A stretch of 64,000 nt of DNA from Trypanosoma brucei (lineage: Eukaryota): assembly GCA_000002445.1 (NCBI GenBank), contig CP000069.1:768001-832000 (forward strand), given 5' to 3'. The notes below the pieces were generated by a model that saw only the letters and a program-made list of their open reading frames with translations, had not been told where the DNA came from and did not search any database. The position numbers and the translations under genes are program-made. The number at the start of each line of letters is the position of its first letter. Positions within the stretch are counted from its first letter, which is position 1. Positions 1-10,700 of the stretch are shown here, in pieces.

Positions 1-2303
1 ATTGTGTGTGTTTGTATGACGCACTCTAGCACGTCGCTCTGTTTTTATTGTTTTTGTTATATTTTTCGTCCTCTCCATATAAATTAAATGAATGAATTAC
101 TTATATTAATATATATTTTAAAAATAAAAATAATAAAAGTAATATATATATATATATAAATATACCATTTGCGCTTTTTTTTGTTTTGCTGCTCTTTTAA
201 CTAGTGGATCACACACCGAGGAATTTGAATCAAAAAGGAGCCACTTCCCGCTGTTCGCACACTCTCAAAGAAGAAAAAAAAATAAATAACAGATAAGCGA
301 AAGAAATTAATTTGATAAGACAGCAACGACAAAAGGGTGTTTACACAAAAAAAAAATAAAATAAGCGCAAGTAAAAGAACAAAGATTTATGTTTTAGAAA
401 AAAAAAGCAAGATGGATGGTGTGTACATATAAGAAATTAAGTTAGGTTAAATTAAAGTGTTACCCTCAATTCCGTTTGCATTTCTGTTCTTTCCTCAAAG
501 GGGGGGGGTGGAAGGAAAAGGAAGGAGAGAAAAAGAAAAGATGTAACATTACATATAAATATAATTATTTACCTATTTATTCATATTTGTGTCTTATTAG
601 TTGAGTCAAAACGAAATTAAAAGAAAATTAAACGAAGTGTTTGTGTTGCAATTCATACTGTACATTAATATGAATAATGTTTACGCTTTTGCATATTATT
701 TTGGTGTGAGTGAGTGAGTGAGTGTGGTGGGAAAGGGTTGCAGTAACACCTGTTGGGGGTTTTTCTTTTTCTTTTTTGTTGTTGTTACAAAATTATTATT
801 ATTATTATTATTTTGTTTCCACCTCCTTTTTTTTTGGTTCTTGCCGTTACGGATTTATTTTTAGCCATACGGATGTTGTGGGAATGGAGGGTGAATGGAA
901 ACAAACGAAGGTGAATAACAACATTTACGTTTATGGGATTTGGTTTAATTTTTTTAATTGTCTTTCTTCTTTTTTTTTTTTGGTTGTGTGCTTTCGCCGT
1001 CTCGTATCATATCAACTTGCGTGTGCCTCGCAATATGACGCATATGTGTTTTCTTTTTCTTTCTTCTTTTTTTTTTTGTAATAATTTCTCACTGGTACCA
1101 CATACGGTTCCGACATTATCAGGAACAACGTTACGGAACTAATTATGTTGATCATCATTTAATTCTTTTTTTTTTGTTGTTGCTCTTGTAGAAATTTTTT
1201 AAAAAAAGGAAAAAAAAGAGAATTTTCGAGACACTTCGTTTTATCTTGTTTTCGTTTTTTGTTTTTTGTTTTTTTTTGTGTTTTTTGTGTTTGTTTGTTT
1301 GCGGCTGCGGTGAGAAGTGACAAAAGCAGCGAAACCGAAACGTTTATGCGGGAAGGACAATATTATCTTTCTTTTTTTCTTTTTTTTATTCAGTAACGGG
1401 AAGGGGCGACAGTCGCTAAGCTCACACGTAAGCTCGTGCAAGAATGGTGGGACAGTTGAATATATTCCATAATAAATAAATATAAAAAAAAGGAAGGAAA
1501 AACACTCGCAATATTATTTCCTTTCTGGTTTTGAATGTATTTTATTTTCTCACCATTGTTTCCCTTCGTTTTTTCTTTGTGTATGTTTTTTTTGAAATAA
1601 AAAAAACACGTTTGACATGATGGAAAGGAAAGATATTTTTTTTTCTTTTCTTCCAATGTGTCCGTCAACTTCATATATTTATACTTATTAAAGTCAGCAT
1701 ATACCTATTGTTATTTATTTTATAAGTATATAAGTATATAAATAAATAAATATATATATGTATGTATGTGTGTGTAATCGTTTATTCATATTTGCTTTAT
1801 GGACCATTTTTTGCAGTTGATTCCCGTGCGTTTTATCCCTCTCTTCTTTTGTTAATTCTTTTTTGTTAATTTTGTTCATCTCCTTATATATTCCATCTTG
1901 AAGAAGCACAACTGTTGTTTGTGTGTTTCCTGTCCTGTGCTGCATATTCGTATGCTACTACGGCTCATGTGTTTTATTTAGTGCGTGAATTCACTTTACA
2001 CACCTAACTGCACTTTGCGATGTTGTAGTCCTTTTTCATCTTCATCTTTATCTTTGTATTGATATTTTGCTTTACTTTTAATTTAATTCCATTCAATTCA
2101 ATTTAATTCTTTTCCTATTTTTTTCTAAAAAAAAAAAATCATCTCATAACTTTTATATCATGCATTCCATCATTTCACCTGTAACTCTTATTACGCTTAG
2201 GTGCAGTGATAGTGGCTCATACTTACAGAACAAATATTAAGTTTGGACCTTAGTTGTAAGGAAGGAAAAAAGAAAAATAAAATAAAAAAATTAAAAAAAC
2301 ATC

Positions 2304-3263
2304 ATGATTCCGTCACAACTGAAGAGCATGACAACATTCACTAATGAGGGACGGGTAAAGCCTCCTATGAGCTACAGAGCAAATATTGATGTTTTGCCGC
2401 AGCACATTGTTACCAAATACTTTATCTTGGAAAAGGATAAGGAGACGACAGATTGGTTAAAAGAAGCTGCGAATGTTAGCGCATTAAGGATCTTAATAGC
2501 CAACCTGCTTCGCCATTTTGTTTCGCTCACTACCGCCAATGGAATTGTGGGAAGAGGCGGCATGTTTGTTGTGTCTACCGAACAGGCTGCGAACTTGCTG
2601 CTCGGAAGGACAATTGCTCAGCAATGGACGCGCTACAGGGACACGATGGAGCCGCCTTTCGAAACATTACTTGATGTTGGCGCTGGTGATGGAGGTGTTA
2701 CTTCTCGATTGCAGCCTCTCTTTAAGCGAGTGACTGCTACAGAATTTTCTATACCAATGCGCTGGCGTCTTTGGCGGCGTGGTTATGAGGTGCTTCCATA
2801 TCAGGACCCCTTCACAAATAAAGACGGCTCGAGGCGGTATTATGACGTAATTTCTTGTCTCAATGTTCTCGATCGCGCAGACAGGCCCCTTGACCTTCTG
2901 GCGTCCATGCGCGACTCGCTGGGTCCTGAAGGTATTCTTCTTTTGGCTGTTGTATTGCCATGGTGCCCGTTTGTGGAAGACGGAAGCATTAAGAGACGAC
3001 CATCACAGATGATGCCAATGGACGGTGGCGAGTGTTGCAAAGGTGCGACGTTCGAGCAGTCATTACAATGCCTTATGGATAACGTTTTGGTACCGTTTGG
3101 TTTTCAGTTGGAGCGGTGGTGTAAACTACCTTACCTTTGTGAGGGTAATATGATTGCTGAATATGCCGTGCTTCATGATGCTGTTATGGTGCTAACAAGG
3201 AAGGGAGACAGTGGTACTGCAACTGCGGAAAAAGATACAGATGGTAGTACTATCCATACTTGA
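2304..3263 (+). CDS. METTL9/DREV-family SAM-dependent methyltransferase (protein-histidine N-methyltransferase-like)
   Basis: ATG ORF of 319 aa. Motif I reads [12 protein letters not shown]. There are long collinear matches to human METTL9: [20 protein letters not shown] against [20 protein letters not shown], and [23 protein letters not shown] against [23 protein letters not shown]. The comparison is from memory of METTL9, not from a search. Confidence 0.85.
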   Translation: [319 protein letters not shown]

Positions 3264-3426
3264 AGCTGCCGTAAAACACTATTATTCTGCATGTAACTGT
3301 GTTGCTTCTGATGGGGGCTCTGATGCGTTTCCCTCAAATCATATGGTGATCTAGCCTACAAAATGGGTGAAGTGTCTTGCCATCATCGTGTTCATCCTCT
3401 ACCGCGTACGTTTACTTGTGTTGGGC

Positions 3427-3600
3427 ATTTTTTCCCCCCCCCCTTTGGTTACATTTGGTCTCTTTTTTTTTTAAGTTATTATTATAATTTTTTTTTTTAC
3501 CCCAGTCCATGTTCGTTTGTGTGTAAGTTTCGAAGGTGATCTCCTTCTGTTTACCCGCCCACTTTTTGCTTCATGGTATGATTGCTTAATCTCTTGCAGT
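3427..3600 (+). promoter_or_regulatory. Polypyrimidine tract plus AG: putative trans-splice acceptor region for the RRM-protein gene
   Basis: TTTTCCCCCCCCCCCTTTGG...TCTCTTTTTTTTTT...TTTTTTTTTTACCCCAG lies upstream of the ATG at 3666, with several downstream AG dinucleotides. Processing signals in kinetoplastids are a polyY tract followed by an AG. Confidence 0.45.
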
Positions 3601-3665
3601 TGCCTTTGTGCCGACTCTTTTCGCGAAGTCAAGTTTGTAAGTGGCTTTTACAGAAGGTAGCGTAA

Positions 3666-5933
3666 ATGAGCGCACCACCACCGCCACCACCACAACCATC
3701 TGGAGGATTTCCCCCGTCATATGCACCGCCTGCTCCTCCAGGCTTTAAAGCACCCCCGATGCCGCCTGGTTTTAAAGCACCTCCGATGCCACCCGGTTTC
3801 AAAATGCCCCCCAGACCGCCAATGCCGCCAGGATTCAAAATGCCTCCCGGTGGGCCGCGTCCACCGGGACCGCCAATGCCACCACATGCTCAACAGGGAT
3901 CATATCCAAATTACCCAACTCCTCCCGGAGCGCCTCCGATGCCACCCGGCGGTCGTTATGCCCCCGCACCGCCGCGACCCCCAAGTGGAGGATCGGATCA
4001 AGAAAATGGACAGGGTTATATGATGCATTCGGGCGCCGTGCACGGACAATATGACGCGTATGCACGAGAGGACTACAATTACGGAGTGCCTCCGGGTCCC
4101 GATTCACGCGGGTATTCGTCATATCATCCCTCACAACAATACCACCAGGGATACTATGGAGCTCCTGCTGCGCACGGTGGCGAAAATCGTGGCAACCGCC
4201 GTGATGAAGAGGCCCGTGAACCGACCAACACCGTGTGGGTGGGGAACCTGGACGTCCAGAGGCATTCGGATGACTTTCTGAGGCAAGAGTTTCGGGAATT
4301 TGGAAGGGTTGTACGCATTGCTAAGGTGCCTGACAAGAGTTATTGTTTTGTGCATTTCCGCTATGTGGAGGAGGCGCGTAACGCCGTTGAGACGCTTAGT
4401 GCGAGGGGCTCATTGGGTGGAGCAAGGTTTAGCTACGGCAAGATGTTTGACTACTCGCAGGATGAAGGGGGCATGCAGCAGGATGGAGGCATGTCAAATC
4501 AAGGAATGCGACCACCTCGACGTCCCCGTGAGGAGGAACGTCACGAACATGAAGAGCGCCGCCGGCGCCCTCGTCGCGATGAGGAACCGATGGAGCCGAC
4601 TAATGTGTTGTGGATTGGGGACCTTCCCCCAACTATTACAAATGAGGAGCTGAATGAGAATTTCAAGGTCTTTGGAACAATTTTAAATATTTCGAGATTA
4701 GACTGTAAGAATATGGCATTTATTCACTTCGAAAATATTGAAAGCTGTACGCAGGCTCTAGACTTAATGCGTGATCAGCTCATTTGTGGCGCCCGTGTTG
4801 CGCTTAATTACGGTCGAGCGCAACGCAATCCTGTCTCCCAGACGACCGGACTCTCACCAGATGGCATCCCACTTAGTGAAACCCCGACAAATGTAATATT
4901 CGTTGGGCAGTTTGCAACAGATGTGACAGAGGAGGATATAGAAGCTTTGTTTGAGCCTTTTGAAGGGTTCATCAATTCCAAGTTTATCCACTCCAGCTGC
5001 ATCGCCTTCGGACATTTCGATACAGTAGATCACGCCCGCGCCGCTCGTGTGGCATTGAACAACACTCTTTTAAAAGGGGCTCCTGCGCGCATTAGTTTCG
5101 GTAAGACAAATCACACACTTACCATGGCTGACCGCATGCGCCGGGGAAGACCAGCACCTCTTGTGGATGGAGTTGAGGTCATCCCTGAGACCGCTGCAGG
5201 TGCGCCGGGCCGTGGCTCGCTTGATGGCGTTAGCGGTGCACTTGTCGCAGGTCCTGGTTTGAGTGGTGCGTCGGAAAATGGAGCAGTGGTGATGATCCCT
5301 GCAATGGGTGCGGCTGTCACTGCCACCTCGCCCCCGCAAGCTCATGCTTCTTTTACGCGTGAGAGACCTGCTCCCGACATGACTTTAGATGCTCGGTTAC
5401 AATCACTTCTAGGTGCCACGTATAATTCCTGCGGAGAGGCGGAGAAGTCGTTAAGTCCGAGTGTTATTCAAACTATATGTGATTTGATCGATGACTGCGT
5501 GGATGAAGGTAGTGAGAAGCGACTGGATGACGCTATCTTTTTATACACTCCACTTAATTCGGCTCATGTGTTCGGCATTCTAGCCAAACGGATGCAAAGT
5601 TTTTTTAACGACGATCCTCACAAGAAACTTTACATTGCGTACGCAGCTACTCGCGTATTGTTGGCAGCGAAAACGGACTACGTTTTCTTTACCAAGGCTG
5701 CCATGAATGCCTACCTTATGGTATTATTTGTAACCAGTCAAGGACAAACACCTGATGGGATGGAGCAACTTGTCGCCATAATTGAAAGTGTGCGTCGACA
5801 CCCCTTCATTGAGAAACAGCGATTGGATGCCGAATATACGGAAATTTTCCGCGGCCAATTGGAGGAAATCCTCGGACGTGCAAAGGAAGAACAGGACCTG
5901 ACGTCTCTCATCACAAAGAAGAGGCGTCGGTAA
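3666..5933 (+). CDS. RNA-binding protein with a Pro-rich N-terminus, three RRM domains and a C-terminal helical domain
   Basis: ATG ORF of 755 aa. The N-terminus has imperfect PPMPPGFK(A/M)P repeats. There are three RNP-type segments: TNTVWVGNLD...YCFVHF, TNVLWIGDLPP...MAFIHF and TNVIFVGQFA...CIAFGHF. The roughly 200 aa C-terminal domain is of unknown type. Confidence 0.8.
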   Translation: MSAPPPPPPQPSGGFPPSYAPPAPPGFKAPPMPPGFKAPPMPPGFKMPPRPPMPPGFKMPPGGPRPPGPPMPPHAQQGSYPNYPTPPGAPPMPPGGRYAPAPPRPPSGGSDQENGQGYMMHSGAVHGQYDAYAREDYNYGVPPGPDSRGYSSYHPSQQYHQGYYGAPAAHGGENRGNRRDEEAREPTNTVWVGNLDVQRHSDDFLRQEFREFGRVVRIAKVPDKSYCFVHFRYVEEARNAVETLSARGSLGGARFSYGKMFDYSQDEGGMQQDGGMSNQGMRPPRRPREEERHEHEERRRRPRRDEEPMEPTNVLWIGDLPPTITNEELNENFKVFGTILNISRLDCKNMAFIHFENIESCTQALDLMRDQLICGARVALNYGRAQRNPVSQTTGLSPDGIPLSETPTNVIFVGQFATDVTEEDIEALFEPFEGFINSKFIHSSCIAFGHFDTVDHARAARVALNNTLLKGAPARISFGKTNHTLTMADRMRRGRPAPLVDGVEVIPETAAGAPGRGSLDGVSGALVAGPGLSGASENGAVVMIPAMGAAVTATSPPQAHASFTRERPAPDMTLDARLQSLLGATYNSCGEAEKSLSPSVIQTICDLIDDCVDEGSEKRLDDAIFLYTPLNSAHVFGILAKRMQSFFNDDPHKKLYIAYAATRVLLAAKTDYVFFTKAAMNAYLMVLFVTSQGQTPDGMEQLVAIIESVRRHPFIEKQRLDAEYTEIFRGQLEEILGRAKEEQDLTSLITKKRRR
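3736..3860 (+). repeat. In-frame imperfect tandem repeats of about 27-36 nt encoding PPMPPGFK(A/M)P in the RRM-protein gene
   Basis: gcacccccgatgccgcctggttttaaa / gcacctccgatgccacccggtttcaaa / atgccccccagaccgccaatgccgccaggattcaaa. On the opposite strand the same region produces a spurious poly-Gly ORF (3629-3838). Confidence 0.8.
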
Positions 5934-6020
5934 ATATGATTGGATTTGATGATTTGGTTGTACTGCTGTTGTGCGGTCATGGAAGTGTTTGAAAATGGGG
6001 GAGGGAAATGAAGAGGAAAA

Positions 6021-6083
6021 GCAAGCAAGCAAACAAACAAACAAACAAACAAACGAACGAACAACAACAACAACAACAACAAA
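6021..6083. repeat. Compound (GCAA)2(ACAA)6(ACGA)2(ACA)n microsatellite
   Basis: GCAAGCAAGCAAACAAACAAACAAACAAACAAACGAACGAACAACAACAACAACAACAACAA. Confidence 0.9.
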
Positions 6084-7698
6084 AACCGAGTGAACAAGAA
6101 TGACGCTGAAGGTATGTGTGTTAGGCGTGTAAAAAGAGTTGATTAGTGAAGAGATAAATTTTTTTAAAAAAGGGAAAATACATACGAAAGAAAGAAAGGA
6201 AGGAAACAAAAAAAAACAAAAAAAGCTGAATGCATGAAGAATGGTATTAAATAAAGATAACGCTTACTAGGAAAACACTTTGACGGAAACTGGGGAGAAT
6301 CGGATACTGAGGAAAAGAAAATGGTGAGCGCAGGTATTGCGTTTGGGAAGGACATCACAAAAAAAGTATGATGACGTGAGTACACTGCGACTGCCGCAAC
6401 GAAGCAGTAAAGTATGTTAAGTGCGGCGATGTTTTCTTTTTCTTTTTCCTTCCGATTATTTTGCGTGAGTTTACTGTACTCTATATATCTAATCCTGTGG
6501 TGCTGCTGTTGTTTTCACGTTGTGTTCTTGTTTTGTCTTTTCTGACGCGCAGACGAACCCTATTGGCAGTAAGGATGGCAAGGCGTGTTGGCGGGTGAAG
6601 ATTTCAAAAAAATAAAATAAAATAATAACAATAATGATTGAATTTTACCATGAAAATACGACACGGTGTGAATGAAGTAGAGAGGAGAATATATTATAAG
6701 TTTGTTCAGGCTATGATTTGTTTTTTTTCTCTTTAATCGTCATTATTACTATGGTATTTGTAAGCAATAAACGTAAGTGTGTTCGTGCGTCTGTTGCAAT
6801 CACACTCTCTGATCAAATATCTTCTGTTCTTTTTTTTTTCCCCCTCACTGGCTTTCCTTCCCATCTCGGCCTTCTTTGTTTTCTTGTGTGGTGTTGCTTA
6901 CCAGCATGCAAACAAATAATAATAATAATGATAACAATAATAATGTTGCGATTACTGACATGTAAACCTGCATACATACAAAAAATACAAAACAAGAAAC
7001 ACATACACATCAAACTAAATTATTTATGATATAAACCAACGTAAAACAAAATATTCAATGAATAACTACATAAATATACTTCTAATATATATATATATAT
7101 GTATAAGCTGTCTCTAGGTTGCCTTCGTTTACACCCTCTTACAGCTCGCGTGTGGATTCGTTTCCTTTGCCTTGTTGATTTGATATCTACTCTGTTAGTA
7201 TTTGCTCCGGTGTCTCTGTGTGCCTGTCTCGCTTCAACAACAACAACAAAATATATCCACATCTTCAGGAACATACCCGCATCTTCTCGTGCACGTGAAT
7301 ATTATTTATGATTGAACACTTGTATTTGCACCTACAAATGCATGTACATTTACATATATTATCGGTCAACTGGGTGCTGTTGCGGTGATGTTCGATGAGA
7401 GTTTTTGAGTAGAGTCGCACTAAAAAAAAAATGCACGGATTTCTCTTCTCTCGCTCATGCTTGATTCCTTCTCATCATTAACTGGCTGCGTTCTTTCCTT
7501 CATTCCTTCATATATTCAGTGTTGATTGGCCATTGTTTTTCTTTGTGGTTCCCGTACCTGATGCCTGGGGGTGGATCATCATTACCAGTTGTGTAATTAC
7601 AGGTGTGTTTTCAATTTCGTCATGCACTGAAGCCCGGATTTACTTTTTGCTGAAGGGTACGAAATATCCTTATGTGGTGTCTACGCTCGCTAAAACTA

Positions 7699-7773
7699 AA
7701 AAAAAAAGAAAGGAAGGAAGGAAGGAAGGAAGGAAGGAAGGAGGAGGAAAAGAAAAAAAAAGAGGAATAAACA
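7699..7773. repeat. Polypurine tract containing (GGAA)7
   Basis: AAAAAAAAAGAAAGGAAGGAAGGAAGGAAGGAAGGAAGGAGGAGGAAAAGAAAAAAAAAGAGG. The + strand is pure purine for about 75 nt. Confidence 0.9.
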
Positions 7774-8294
7774 GCAACGGCGGAGGATCCAGAAAAAATT
7801 GTTTTGGGACATGACGAGCAAATGTGGTGCGCGGACGTTCATTTCTGAGGGAACTTATTGGATTTTTGTGCCGCATGAGTTACGTTAAGGCGTGTGTTGG
7901 ATGGGGAGATGCTTTTCAGTTCCTGGAGTTTACCGGTGGCGAATTCTAAAAGAGACTCGTCGGTTGTAGCATTTGGACATAGGTAATGCAGTTGTCATGT
8001 AACTTCATGCCTTCTCATTACCCATTTAAAAAAAAAATGAATGAGAATAAACAATGTTTTCCGGAAGCTGAAGAAAAAGAGTGGAGGGGTAAAGTGGGTA
8101 ACTGGAAGTCAAAAGCAACGTGTTTAGTGAGTTTTTTTTTTGTGGTAGTGGTGGTGGATTATTTCATCAGTTGCAAGACCGTCGCTGTTATTTTTGTGGT
8201 TTGAAAATTTCTCGTTCCGTTATTTGAAACTTCATGTGATGGTTTGGGAAACTGCTCCTCTTCCTGTAGGTGATAATTATTCTTTTAATTTTCC

Positions 8295-8345
8295 TTTTTT
8301 TTTTCTTTTTTTTTTGGGGGGGGGGGAGGGGGACGAGGAGAGGCT
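8295..8345. repeat. T-tract (about 21 nt) directly abutting a G11 homopolymer and a GGGGG run
   Basis: TTTTTTTTTTCTTTTTTTTTTTGGGGGGGGGGGAGGGGGACGAGGAG. Confidence 0.9.
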
Positions 8346-10364
8346 TGGTTTGCCAAGTGTATGTGTGCACTAAACAATATTTGCGCTGCATTTAATGATT
8401 GAAGAAGTTGAGAAATGCGGTTAATTTGCAAAGAAAGAGTGAGGGAAAGGGGAGATTGTTTTTTTTTTGTGAATCTTCACAATGGGGGACACGACCTCGT
8501 TTCTTTTTTTTTTTTTGTGCTGGTTTGAGGTTTATGGTTCGTCGACATTTTAAATATATATATATATATATATGTATTCTCCTTGTGCTGAACGCTTTGA
8601 CTAATTTTTCTTTGGTTTTTTAAAAACCATGTGAGTCTTACGGACTCCAATCTGCTTTACCTCTTGTTACTTGAGGCGCCTTTGTATGACATTGTTGGAA
8701 CTATATAAATATATATATATTTATGATTTTTTTTTTTTGTAGAGTCAATGGTTTTCGTTTCTGATAATTGATTTTGGTGGAAGGGCATAATAATCAAAGA
8801 GATGTCCGTGGAATTTGAAGAAGTACAAAAAGATAACCCGGTTAGTCAAGTGTTGTACGACCGTTCCCGTTTTATGCTCTGAGGCTTTTTGTTCTAAAAG
8901 GAACTAAAAAAATAACAATAATAATATAACAATAATCAGAAGCGTACGCAACCTTAACGAATGTTCCACCGACGTGCTTCGCTGAGTATTTTTATACATT
9001 TGTGAATGCACGTGTAGTGGAGGATGGGGAGGGGGTTTAATACTTCAATTCCGTTTCCCCCTTTGTTTGGTGAAGGTGCAGCGCCGTAAAATTATAAATA
9101 CTTTCTAGGGTTAAAATGGTATTATAACTTCCCTTTATTAATCCTGAGAGTGTATTGTAAGAATATCATCTGCCGCTAATGGATCCCTGTAATTCTATGA
9201 TTGTTCGCTAAGCCTGTAATTGCATTGGACAAGTAAAAACAGGATTGTGTACACAAACCGTCTAGTTGTGTTACTTTATTAAAGGGATCTATATTTTTTC
9301 CCCTTGAAAACCAGCGTTATGAACGTTTTACGACTTAGGATTACATAGTGTTAATTATGTACGGATTGCCCTATATAAACACACTTTCTTCCCCAATATT
9401 ATACAGCTATCTGCAAGGTGGTGTAGGTGTGTTAGAAAAAAGTACGTTTTAAGATATCAAAGATGTTGATGCATACATGATTAATCTTCTCTGAGGTAGA
9501 GTGGGTAACAAATATCAGGACATTTATGGAATTTGTTTGTAAAAAGGGGCTGACGCCTTTTTCTTTCGACTTTCGGCCAGCACTGAACCCGAGAACTGCA
9601 TGCCATGCGGATGATATGTTGACAACCGATGTTGAAAACCCTAATAGTGTTTACTTTGACAGAGAACGTAAAATGGATCTGGGATCGCTGAGGCAATTGA
9701 TGGTAAGTTTTGTGTTGCCTAGAAACTCAGATTTCTTAAAAGCTTTTTTAAGTGGCGGGAGAAGCACTGCGTGCGGAATGAGCTGCGTTAGAAGCCGGAG
9801 AATGAGCACTTTATTATCGGTTTGAAAGTGCATGTGCACAACTCTCCGACGAGAATGTTCGAGTGCAGCACGAATCAAATGAGCATCTGGGTTGGATGCA
9901 ACAACAGCTCACATATATGCAAGAAACAAAAGCACAGCAAGCAGCGGAAATTGGAGGTCTACGTACAATCGATTTCTACGATACGGCAAAAATTGGTCAT
10001 AACTGAAGGTAAGAGAGATAAGACAGGGGAGTGTCAGGAACAACAGAGCAAATCGGAAACAGGGAAGGCCAAACATATAGATGAATGTGCATGGAAAGGC
10101 TGTTTCTCATCGTAAGAAGTAACTTAACCTTTTTCACATAGGGTTTGATTTCGAGGGATCCAGGAATTACGGGCAAATGCATTGGGCTTTCCTGGAGGAG
10201 TAAGCACTGAAGAAAAAATTCGAACTTTTGATGGAATGATGAAATATCTCCAAGGAAGGACTCCTGAATAACTGTTATCAGCATATCAGTTAGTGTTTCC
10301 CACGCCAACAATATCGCCGGGACAGGTATATACCGAGGCATAAAAAAACTTCGCATCATAGGTA

Positions 10365-10700
10365 TTGCGCCTGCACCAAGACGGCATATCGAAGGAACGC
10401 CTCCAACTAGGAAAACAATTGTATGATAAGCTGTGCACAGTACAAACGGTAAAAGACTACCCGGGGCTGAGGTTTAAAGACATAAAGGAAACTATCGAAT
10501 TCCATCTCAAAAAGGGTGATATTTACATTCAGGCCACTATGAAGGCGAGACGACAACAACAACAACAAATCGGTGTCCCTCCGAGAAGGTCTCAATGTTT
10601 CACATGCGGACAATTGGGGCATTACAGCAATACTTGTGGGGTGTTCAAACATAAACTGAACACACGTCAAAAAAGAGACATTCGGCCCCAGAAGCAATGA
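10365..10700 (+). pseudogene. gag-like fragment with a CCHC zinc knuckle, part of the retroelement
   Basis: The 111 aa ORF ends ...RRSQCFTCGQLGHYSNTCGVFKHK. This is a C-X2-C-X4-H-X4-C knuckle preceded by a basic, Q-rich segment. Confidence 0.5.

Noticed and set aside
3629-3838. Minus-strand poly-Gly ORF (GGIGGALKPGG...) overlapping the RRM-protein gene
   Set aside because: It is the reverse-complement translation of the CCN-rich Pro-repeat coding region. It is an artefact of the repeat, not a gene.
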